DNA of 63,465 nt, the filler included, from Dugesia japonica (taxonomy: Eukaryota): assembly GCA_001938525.1 (NCBI GenBank). It is 5 parts of 5 records of this genome, joined end to end, with 100 filler letters (N's around TTAATTAATTAA, not from the genome) between each part and the next. Parts side by side here need not be neighbours in the genome. Positions count along the whole stretch, not along the records: positions 43,244 to 53,277 come from MQRL01498152.1; positions 53,378 to 63,465 come from MQRL01594227.1; 3 more parts are not named here. One strand, given 5' to 3'. A model generated the notes under the pieces. It was not told the DNA's origin and made no database searches. It saw nothing but the letters and a program-made list of their open reading frames with translations. A program made the position numbers and the translations under genes. Below, piece by piece: positions 52,842-63,465 of this stretch (its first letter is position 1; every line of letters starts with the position of its first letter).

Positions 52842-53167
52842 ATGAATTTCGAAAGAAGTCTTTCTTTTTTTAAAGCATTGATAGAATCACCAACTATGAT
52901 AAGAATACAAATTCTGCAATTATTTCCATCATTTTTTATAGATGATTTGCTCGAGATTATTATAAATATTGTTCGTGGTAATGTAATTTTAAGCGAAGAG
53001 AGAACAAAAGCATTGAAGAAACATAAAAGACATTTTTAACACTTGTAAATACTAAGAACAAAAGATTAATGAAGAAGGTTTTGTATGAACAAGGTGGTGG
53101 TTTTATAGCGATATTACTACCAACAGCATTAGCTGTATTAGGTTTATCAAACTTTCAAACACATTGA
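52842..53167 (+). pseudogene. Polinton/adintovirus-type small GGF protein, copy 2 (one frameshift)
   Basis: MNFERSLSFFKALIESP...LLEIIINIVRGNVILSEERTKALKKHK(fs)LTLVNTKNKRLMKKVLYEQGGGFIAILLPTALAVLGLSNFQTH*. Confidence 0.65.
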
Positions 53168-53377
53168 GTCTACGTGTAACAATAAGAAGACTATATTGAA
53201 GATTAATATGTGTTTGAAAAAGGTTTGATAATTATTATTATGATTATTATAATTTTAAATTTATTATTATTGTTATTNNNNNNNNNNNNNNNNNNNNNNN
53301 NNNNNNNNNNNNNNNNNNNNNTTAATTAATTAANNNNNNNNNNNNNNNNNNNNNNNNNNNNNNNNNNNNNNNNNNNN

Positions 53378-53607
53378 AAAAGGGTAGGAACCATTGTACT
53401 AGGCACGTTGTTAACCAGAAAAGGGTAGGAACCATTGTACTAGGCACGTTGTTGACCAGAAAAGGTTAGAAACCACTGCACTAGGCACATCGTTAACCAG
53501 AAAAGGGTAGAAACCACTCTACTAGGCACGTTGTTAACCAGAAAAGGGTAGGAACCACTCTACTAGGGACATCGTTAACCAGAAAAGGTTAGAAACCACT
53601 GCACTAA
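53378..53607. repeat. 41-42-bp minisatellite, about 5.5 units
   Basis: aaaagggtaggaaccattgtactaggcacgttgttaaccag repeated with no spacers. Confidence 0.95.
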
Positions 53608-55710
53608 AATTTTGAATCACTAATTTTTTAATATATTTCCATTTATTACGTAAGTTATTTCCAATGAACTCTCTCGCTAGCGGTTTTTATCGAATAAAAA
53701 TTAAATTCGTATAATACAGTAATTCGCAAACTGGAGTCCGAAGTTCTAGGAAGCGCGAGGATAAAACCTTCCCGAGATATATCACCAACAACTTGACTCA
53801 GTCTATTTCAAATAAATCAACGAGGAAAACATTAAGAAATATTAGTAGATTTGTAAATCGTCCACCCCGATATATCTTGCTTAATTACGCACGAAGACTA
53901 AGCATTCATTCACGGATGGCGCTTATGTATTTTATTAATTATCAGCAATTAAATAAGAGATTTGCAATTTCTGATTGTTTTATTCAAGTTTACATCTCAT
54001 ATCGAGTTAGACTTCATTTTTATTTTTGCAGGCATAAAATAAACGTAGATGTAGGGTTTTTGACAAATTTCCATTGAATTCATTGTGGTAGGAGTAAATA
54101 ACAGATATCCAAGAATAGTATCATTTAAACTTCATGATATTTATTAATACTATTTGAGTATTGATATTATTTAGTGCTTTTAAACAACAATCGCTCAAGT
54201 TTAGTTACCGCTGTTTCCTCGAACGAATTCCGCGGGACAGGCATACATTTTTATTGAAATTGCATTTTTCACTTGAATTTTAAGTTTTTAAGAAACGTAT
54301 GTCCTCATCAATTTGTCCAACAAAACTTTTCATACAATTACAACTGACAGTCTGGACAATTTGGCTGTTCCAGAAGGTTCTATAAACTTTCGCGCGTCCA
54401 ACAATCTATTTGTGTTTTGATACTTCTTTGCTTTATTTTGGTATAAAAAGTTCAAGAATAATTTTATTTATTATTATGACACCAATTACTAGATCATTAA
54501 ACTCATGAAAATAATGCAAAATAGATACATTTTTGATTAAAAGTTAATGTTAATTAATTAATGTTAATTTTATCTGAATTATACGAAATTCCATGCACGC
54601 ACAGACAACAGAAAATGGGGTGTAGGACAAAATTCGCCAAGTGCAAAATTAGGACAATATTTTTCATTTATCGAAATTTTGTTCTTTAATTAATGATCTT
54701 AATATTAACACCCTGTATTGAAAAAATTCAACTCCTACGACATTTTCTCACTTGAAATTTTTGTCCAGTTACTCTGAAAATTATAGAAAACATTGCACTG
54801 GACTAGAATATAAATTTCTTAATTGGGTAGTTGCAATTTTAACAATAGTGTATGTTCCTGTTTCTCAACATTAAAATGTATAACTTTCAGTTTTTTGGTC
54901 TTATTATTTATTTTTTGTANNNNNNNNNNNNNNNNNNNNNNNNNNNNNNNNNNNNNNNNNNNNNNNNNNNNNNNNNNNNNNNNNNNNNNNNNNNNNNNNN
55001 NNNNTTTTTGATTGTTCTAATTTCATTAATTCGTAATTTCTGGAATATATTTAAATAAAATAAAATCAAAGTTGTGAATTAAATCAAATATCGCCATGCA
55101 ATTGTAACTTGCTTAATATAGCATTTAAAAATCATTTTCAGTCAAGTTAAGGCATTTTACTATGATGTTCAGAAAATAATCTTTTTACAGTTTCACTTTT
55201 GAAAAGAAAAATGCAATAGGGTAAGGAGAAATATGTCCAATACAATTCCTGAAGAAATTCTGTAAATTGTTTGTATAATGTTATTCACGCTTTTATTGTT
55301 GAACTACTACTTTTTTTTTATTCCAGATATTCATCAAAAAAATTTAATTTTTTGAATCATCATCTGAAAAATGAATCCGCATAAGCGATAGAGACATTTT
55401 TTTTATTTTAAAAGTTCGCGCGCTTAAATTTAGCCCAGTAATTTCAAATCTTTTTAACTTCATATCCCTTAGTGTCGAAGTTTTTTTCTTGTACTTTTAC
55501 CTTTCATTAATTTTTTTAGACTTGTTCATTAGAAACTATAGCCTGAAATTACTTCCTTCGCATTGTTAATTCTATTCTTTCTACTATTTCCTCTTGGCTA
55601 ACAAATGGACATTCAATGCAAATACTGCCATTTTCTTTAATTGTTCAGTTTAAAATAGTTTTGTAATAAATCCATCGTATTTATTTATTTCACTTTCATT
55701 GTTTTTCCAG

Positions 55711-56260
55711 CATTCAAAATGAAATAAAAACGCTACTCAATAAGTTACCACCAACCTATCGACTCGGTGAATTCATCAGATCAAAAGAACAGATTATTAT
55801 AGTGCCAGAAAACCCAAAGAAGTCTGTTGAATTAATAAAAGCATTTGTGTTTGGAAATACCTTTGTATCAGTTAAATGGATTCGCGAATCTTCAGAATTG
55901 AAAAAGTGGAAGAATTATTCATCATTTATAGTAAGGATATATAATTAATTAGCCGTTATTAATTTGTCTTAGATAAAGGATAACAAAATGATCGATATTC
56001 CGTTATCAAATGTTGAAAAATCATCTCTATTTAATGAATACAGTTCAATGTATTTATCTTCAGCTACAAATGGCATGCAAAAATACAAACTGAGAATAAT
56101 AATTGAAATGGCAGGAGGTCAAGTAACCGATTCTTTCAGACAAGCCGGAATTGTTATTAATACTAAAAAAGTTAATGCATTAAGCATAAACGAAAATTGG
56201 ATTTTAGATTCCATTAAAGAAGGCAAAGTTTTGAATACGAAACCATATTTACTATCGTGA
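55711..56260 (+). CDS. Tandem-BRCT protein, microcephalin (MCPH1)-like; exons 55711-55930 and 55973-56260, 5' end unresolved
   Basis: First BRCT FVSVKWIRESSELKKW; 42-nt gtaag..cttag intron; second BRCT GGQVTDSFRQAGIVI..INENWILDSIKEGKV..YLLS resembles MCPH1 GGRVSQVPRQASIVI..LSEKWVLDSI..YLLS; AATAAA ~56284. Confidence 0.75.
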
Positions 56261-56607
56261 TTTTACCTTGATTTTTATTTCTTTAATAAATCTTGTTTTG
56301 ATTTAACTTTAGAAATTAATAAAAATAACACCACAAAACCTATATTAAAATGCATTTCGAATGTTCAGGATACATTTATCTATTGAGAATTATTTATATG
56401 TTCAAATTTCAATCATACAATAATTTCACTTATATCTGTGTAATAATAAAAATTTCCAATACACAACACACAAGCACGCACCTGAATCTTATAGACAATG
56501 AATGAGGCAATAAAGCAGATCTCACAATATAAATATCAAGACACGCGTACATAACAGTATATTTAAATAGTTTTTAATGACTATCTCAGTTCGTATTTTA
56601 GCAAAAT

Positions 56608-59600
56608 TTAATTTGATGGATGCCATAATTGATTGTTGGATCGATTATTTCTCGACTGATTACCAGAAGACCCAGAACCTTGCGAAATATTGTTTCTGCT
56701 GCTTGGATTTGAAACCATTGATGTCATTAGATGTTCCTGAATTATATAAATTTTAAAAATGAGTGTAAAATAATTGTAAATAGTTTTGCCTTTTCTAACG
56801 GATATGGTGTTACTCTTACACTGTCGCAAAATTTTAAAATCCCGCATTAAGATTTGTTTATTAAAGTAAAACCTGAAAATATTAAACATTTCGAGAACAA
56901 AAGAATTTGTTGATTATATACAGCAGTTCCATTTATAACAATCTCTGATACAACAAACTGTTTTGTTTATAAATTGGGACCAAAAAAATCGTATGAAATT
57001 TTGAGAAAGATATCGAAATCTGTTCTATGACTATATCACGCCAATTGAAAATTTAACCATTTCGACATTTGCAATTAGCTATTGATTCGCAATGGAACGG
57101 ATGGTTTTTGTATCGCATTTTTACATGTGATAAAAAATTAATTCTTTTATAATAATCGTAGACTTCAAATGCTAATTCATTTCCTCGCCACATGCCAAGA
57201 TTCGAGTTTACCCAAATAAGACAATGATTATTGTTTGGTGGTCTGTGGGTTGCGTGAAACTTTTATAGCATAGACAAACACTATATTTGAGGTCATTATA
57301 AACGGAATCCACTGTATAAGAGTAAAAAAAATTATGACACCTATCAACACTCGATCCACATAACTCTTGAATATCTATCTGTTTCGTTATTCCAGAATCA
57401 CTCTTTATTATTGACAATTTGAAATTCATTTGCGATAAAAGAGCATACATACATCACGTACGCATAATTAGTTTATTTTTTAAATACCTGATTTTTGACG
57501 GGTCCTGCTTAAGTAAGCGTGCACATTTTTCCACTTTTCCGTACGTAAAAATTCCTTCCCCCTCAATATATTTCAGAAAATTAATATTGTAATGCAGCAA
57601 AATGAGACAAAAAAGTTCCTTATTCAAAGAACCCTGCCCTGCTAGATAGAGAAATCCAAACGCATTCCACCCAATTCTCCATAAAACCTTTCCCCTCAAT
57701 ACATGTGTTACACAGTAGATTTGTGAACATTTCGTTATATAAAAAATTTTAATATAAAAGCTTGGATCAAAATTTTTGGTTTTATTTATTGATATCGAAT
57801 TGTTATCCAATATCAATAAATAAAACCAAAAATTTTGATCAAAGCTTTTATATTAAATGAATTCTATAAAACGATCAATCGTTTTGTCCAACAATTATTC
57901 TCGCAATAATTGCAATTATCAAAAAAAATGTTCATAATATCCAATAATTCACCATATTCGAATTATATTTCAGGAAATTAATATTCTAATGTACCAAAAT
58001 GGAACAAAAAAGTTCATTATAAGCAGAATATACTGGATATGAATAACCACTAATATATAATTGCGTAACCGGCACCAATGGACAATTTTGATGATTTATC
58101 TGAATTTATGATTGTAGAACAGGGGTGTCAAACTCGCGGCCCTCAACCAACATTTTTGGGGTCCAGCCATATATATTATGTTTATTATAATGTATTAATT
58201 GAAATAAATCTGTGTTTCTATAGATATTCACATTTTTCGGCCCACCTAAAATTAAAACTAATTAAATTTGGCCCAATTAGCGTTTGAGTTTGACACCCTG
58301 TTGTAGAATTTAGCAAATGAATTGCTTATAAAAGATAATTTTAATGTTGTGCCAAATCTAAAAATCATTGATTAGAGTTTGTTGACAATATTTATTGAAT
58401 GTTTATTTAGGTAGCTTTTATTAAATATCAATAAACTGGACATTGAAATTTAGAAAATATATAATGCGACAACTGTAGAAAAAAATTTGTTGCTGTCGTC
58501 AGAACCCTGCTCTATTAGATAAAGAAATCAATACACATTCCTCCGACCTCTCCATACGCAAAAACTCCTAAATCCAACCACCTTTCCCTCTCAGTGCGAA
58601 CGCTACACAGTAGATTAGTGAACATTTCGGTACCAAGAAATTTATTCATTATATCGAATAATTCACCATATTCTAGATAAATTTATCGATATTTAAGGAA
58701 ATCACTATTCTAATAAAAGTGCGCATCCTTCGCCCATGAAAAATTTGATTATTTCCTTGAATTTATGATTGTAGAATACCGCAAATGAATTGCTTTTAAA
58801 AGATAATTTGAATTCTTTACCAAGTCTAATAAAAAATTATTGATAATTAGAGTTTGTTGATAATATTTGAGTGTTTATTTAGATAGCTTTTATTAAATAT
58901 CAATATTCTGGACATTTAAATTTAGAAAATATATCATGCAGTCACTGTAGTCAACAGCTAAGGGACTGTGCACTCTGCCCTAATAGATCAAGAAATCAAT
59001 ATACACAAATACACTAAATCCAACCATTTTTATCCCTCAATACGTACGTTGCACAGCACATTACAGTAGAATAATGAACAGTTTGGTACCCAATAATTTA
59101 TACATTATACCCTGCCCCAATAGATAAAGAAATCAATGCATTTAGTTGAGACCCGTATCGCTGTCCGTGCGGAAAATCTCCTAAATTCAACCATGCTTTC
59201 CATCAGCGCGTTTATAATAAAGTGAACATTCCGGAACCAAGAAATTGTTCACTATAAGCATATATAGCCAGAAATCAATAGACAACATTCAAAAGTGCAA
59301 GTATTGATTCCAAAAATGTTTAATTATGACAACAAATGAATTAATGCAAATAAAATAATCTCTCGCAACATTCAATAATAAGGTTCCCTGATTAATGGTG
59401 TAATTGAATATTCAATTCAATAGTAACCCTAACCCCCCCCCCACCAACATTGCACTACTTATTGTATTTAGTTCATTTATTGAGTGTGTAAAATCAAAAC
59501 CTTAACTGAAACGAACTAGAACATTTCAACTATTAATAATAATGATAATATTGATAATAATAATAATAATTTATTAAAATTTATACTAGATAATTTACTT

Positions 59601-62148
59601 GAAGTTGATATGATGGAGGAAAATTATGCATTTGCTGCTGCATCAAATGTAATTGGGTGGGAAATTGCTGTAAACCTCCTCCTTGGTGGGCCATAGCATA
59701 TGGATGAGGGGCAGTTGGATGAGCTCCTGTGGCAGTTACACAATTAAACATGTTGTTCTGATAAGGGTGGTTAGAATGTTGGTGGAACGTTAAAAATCGG
59801 GTATCATTTGATACGGATTGTTGTTGCTGTTGTTGTTGTTGCTGCTGTTGTTGTTGAGCTTGGTGTTGATTAGCACGATTGGATGAACCGAGATTCTGTT
59901 GTGGGTTTGGTTGCCGATTGATTTGAGCAGTATTATTGGCAAGTTTGGTGGATTTTTCTACATCTAGACCATCATCTTGGGATTTACCGACAAAATTAGA
60001 CACGTAATTTGGAGTGCGCTGCTGAAATTTCTGCTTCTGAATCAATTCATCATACTCTTCGGTCAATGGATAATTTCTATGGGGGGTAGGAAGATTAAAA
60101 ATCTGTTTAGTCGGAACCGATGATTGATTAACTTCTGAAGATTGAGAAGACGCGTTATGTCCTTGAACCGCGGGCATAAAATTGTGGAAATTATTCATAT
60201 ATACTGGAGGAAAACAACATATATTCGACATTGTCATCGCTGATAAAATCGTCGCTTGATTATCAGAATCGCTTATCTTTGACAACATTACCTGTTGGTT
60301 TTGATTTATTGTACTGGAATTAGGTATCGACGGAACATTACACAAATTATGCTTGGAATTAACAGATGTTTTCTGATTGAATTCTTTACTCGATTCCGAA
60401 TGGATAAATGGTTGCTGAACTTGATTTTCATCAGATGTTACAATATCGGAAAAATCATTGACTTGATTCATGTTACAACCACTGAAAATCGAAGATCCGT
60501 TAGGAATGTTGAATTGAAAATACTGAGGATTATTCTGAAATTGTTGTAATAAATGAGCATTTGACATACCGGGAGGAGGACATAACTGAGATGAAGAAGA
60601 TAGAATGGTAGTATTTAGAGATTGATTGCTGTGACTAATACAATCCGATAATTTATAATTGGTATTTGGATCAGAAAGTAATTTTTTGTCAGTAGGTATT
60701 TCCATAGAACGTTTATTGGTAACTGAAGAATTAGAGAACATATCGTTTGATTTTATATCAGATTTTGATTTAGTAACAGGTTTATCACCGGGAAGTCTTA
60801 AATTTGAAGGAACACATGATGGCGATGATGATAATTGAGATTCTTTTTCTGAAAAATTCGACTGAAGAAATTCTTCGGAACAATTTTCTTGTGGTAATGA
60901 TGATGAGGATTTAGTAGATTTATTTGAAGAAATTCCATCGAATGGTTGATTGGAAATGATTTTTGAAATGAAAGACTCAGAAGAATCGACAGATTTTGCC
61001 GATTGGGAATACTCGTTAAAATTCAAACCAAACGAAAACCCGGTCTTAATAGGAGTACTCATCACACCGGTTGAAGTCAACAATTTTACAGGTTCTAATG
61101 GCACTTTAGATGATGGTGCGGGCGGTTTGGTTCTTGAGAATTCGCCAAATATGTTCACTTTATTTGTTGATTTCGCTACTAATTCCAAAGGATTTAATTG
61201 ATTCACTTTTGTATCTTCCTTCAACTCGGGTTTTTCAGTTTCTACACACGAATCAATTAAATTCGTTTCGAGTTTCTCCATATTTAAGGCACTAGTAAAA
61301 TTAGAATTTTCGTTGTACGTTTTANNNNNNNNNNNNNNNNNNNNNNNNNNNNNNNNNNNNNNNNNNNNNNNNNNNNNNNNTGATTATCATATGATTTTTC
61401 AAATTCTACAAATTCGCTTGATTTGACATTATTATCAGATAACCAATCGTTACAGGCATCATAATGAGCACTCCATTCTGTAAATTCACGTATATTTGTT
61501 ATTACTGTTAACTGTTTTATTTCTTACTATTTGATTCTGCTGCTAGATTCTTGTCAGAATCCTGATCTATGTTTTCATCAAACACTATTTCCTCATTATT
61601 GTGATGCTTTGAGCGACCTTGATTCGTATTTAATCTATATTGTGATCTTTTACCTCGACCTCTTGATAATATTTTATTACTTTGAATATCGTTCTTTATA
61701 AATTAATTGATAAAAAATACAAGCAAAAAGTCAATACTGTTTCATCTTTTCCATTATAAATTTTATTATTTACAGCTTCATAATTTCGGCCATTATTTTG
61801 TGGAAACCTAGCTCTACCTCGATTAGTACCACGAGCGGGACGTGACTTTTCAGTAAATGTTTTAATTTCATTTAATTCTTTAATATCATTCTAAACTAAA
61901 ATAAGAACGCTTATCGAAAACAAATCCCTTTAACTAACATTTAATTCCATTACATGCATTTCAATTGATGATTGCTTTTTCTTGTACTTAGCAACTTCTT
62001 TCCAATCACTATTAATTTTATTAGGCTCATCAACTAAATTTCGTTGAGTTTGTTCAAATATTTTATCAATAGCCACTTCTATATTATTGCTAGAATCAAA
62101 CAATGCTGTAACAGCAACATCATTAGAACATCCAGTAAGCTCAATAAC
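56608..62148 (-). CDS. UBAP2/UBAP2L/lingerer-like protein. Exons ~62148-61939, 61890-~61774, 61693-~61528, ~61477-59599 (with gap), 56736-56608; 5' exon(s) not found
   Basis: UBA-like VIELTGCSNDVAVTALFDSSNNIEVAIDKIFE..WKEV..KKK (compare UBAP2L LIDITGKNQDECVIALHDCNGDVNRAINVLLE..WEMVGKKK). RG motifs RGTNRGRAR and SRGRGKR, an S/P/Q-rich body with polyQ, and a phase-0 join LQ|EHLM to a final exon ending LWHPSN*. Confidence 0.8.
57745..57920. mobile_element. Penelope-type terminal repeat with fold-back
   Basis: Palindrome 57748-57856 plus the family end gtccaacaattattctcgcaataattgc (rc of 17288-17313). Confidence 0.65.
58120..58300. mobile_element. hAT MITE
   Basis: TIRs caggggtgtcaaactc / gagtttgacaccctg; perfect TSD ttgtagaa; empty paralogous site at ~58769. 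Confidence 0.9.
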
Positions 62149-63438
62149 CTAATGATAAAATTTATTAGGCATTTATTTAATTAAAATATATAAATATATT
62201 TAACTTGTTTAACTTTGTTTAATAAATCTATATCAGAACTTATTAAATTCTGTGAAAAAGTATCCGTTTCGGTGGATTTCAATATTTCTGCTGAGTTCAT
62301 CTCAAATAGAATGCTCTATAAAATAAATGACAGAATTTACAATATATCAAAGAAATTCAATATGAATACCGTATATACAAATGTGACTTATCCTTTCGTA
62401 ACAAAAGTAGTTTAAAAAAACAAATGATTTCAATAATTAAATAATTAAATTATGAAAAAAAATAAACTAATATTCTGGGTGATAATTGATGTAAAAGAAC
62501 TTAATCAGTAATCTTTATAATCATATCAATATTATTTTCATTTTTTAAAATTTTTTGTAAAGTAATTCAATATATGCTGATTTGATATATTAAATTTTAA
62601 AAAGTAACATAAAATTTGATGTTCCTTTTGTCGTAATATTTAGAGCCAACATAAATTTTGCCCATTTTTTCCAATAAAAAAATAATAATTTAATTTTTTA
62701 TAAATATTAGTTAATTGCATTTTAACCTAAATATGTAGGATTTTTCATTGAATATATTTTCATTAATATTTAAAAATATTAAAACGTTAATTTAAAATAA
62801 TAAAGAAAACTGTTTTTCTAATATTGAAAAAGTCAAAATAAAATAAAGATTTAGTAAATACGNNNNNNNNNNNNNNNNNNNNNNNNNNNNNNNNNNNNNN
62901 NNNNNNNNNNNNNNNNNNNNNNNNNNNNNNNNNNNNACATGTGATATAGAACAAAGAAGTTATACTAACTTCTTAGTTTAGAAATAAAAAATTGAAAATT
63001 TTTACTGAAACATAAATAATTTTTAATATAAAAATCTCAAAAATTCTTGAGAAACATTTTCAAAATTATCTTCCATTACCCAGAATAATAAGAAACTAAA
63101 AAATAAATACAAATAACATACAAAGACATGATAGCATAGATACACGTGAAAATTTTAGTTCTAATAATAATTCAAAAAGTATTTTTAAAATTGAAGATTC
63201 TCTTTGTGAACGAAATTGTCAAATAAAATTTTCTTAGTGACAATTTCTTTATTATCTTCAACTAAAATTTAACAACTTGTTAGTTGAAATTTCTCATTGT
63301 CAATTACAAGTAAAATTTATTAATCAAAAAACTAAATTCAAAAGTAATTCAAGACTAAAAATGATGTACTTTTTAAGAGATTTTGCTAATAAAGTCGTGT
63401 GAAAATTTGGTTTTCATATATAGATAGAAAAATTAAAT

Positions 63439-63465
63439 AGTAGGTAGATACGTAAGCACTGGAAC
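63439..63465 (+). mobile_element. Start of another AGTAGGTAG-terminus element
   Basis: agtaggtagatacgtaagcactgga resembles the 31018 TIR. Confidence 0.5.

Larger units (their letters stand above)
57470..59260. repeat. Diverged intronic tandem duplications (3-4 units)
   Basis: ccctgc...tagata.agaaatcaa..cattc and cagtaga...tgaacatttcg recur at about 57630, 58500, 58975 and 59110. Confidence 0.75.

Noticed and set aside
53378-53607. CRISPR-like array
   Set aside because: Contiguous 41-42-bp tandem units with no unique spacers, eukaryotic context, no cas genes.
59581-61281. Stand-alone 566-aa gene
   Set aside because: It is one internal exon of the UBAP2-like gene, with a donor at 59598 and upstream UBA exons.

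Overview
Very AT-rich, gappy eukaryotic scaffold. It is most likely a planarian (triclad flatworm), inferred from a PROF1-type GPCR and the repeat spectrum. Three host genes are supported: an intronless rhodopsin-like GPCR (37184-38236 +), the 3' exons of a tandem-BRCT microcephalin-like gene (55711-56260 +), and a convergent multi-exon UBAP2/UBAP2L/lingerer-like gene (56608-62148 -). The rest is nested transposon debris: two NeSL-clade retrotransposons (one with Ulp1-like protease domains), Penelope pieces with degenerate hammerhead ribozymes, mariner, Helitron, MULE, P-like, hAT and gypsy fragments, MITEs, and Polinton-like remnants. The most unusual structure is a family of long TGTTGGGGT...ACCCCAACA LTRs, present as four partial copies. 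Their interior holds a CCAAT/TATA promoter, a leader exon ending in A, and an array of short exons, most with their own splice acceptor, ORF and AATAAA. Several of these exons begin AG|TG, so splicing to the leader would create the start codon (A|TG). Three exons are conserved in order and at protein level between two diverged copies. All alignments and translations were made by eye and need computational confirmation.
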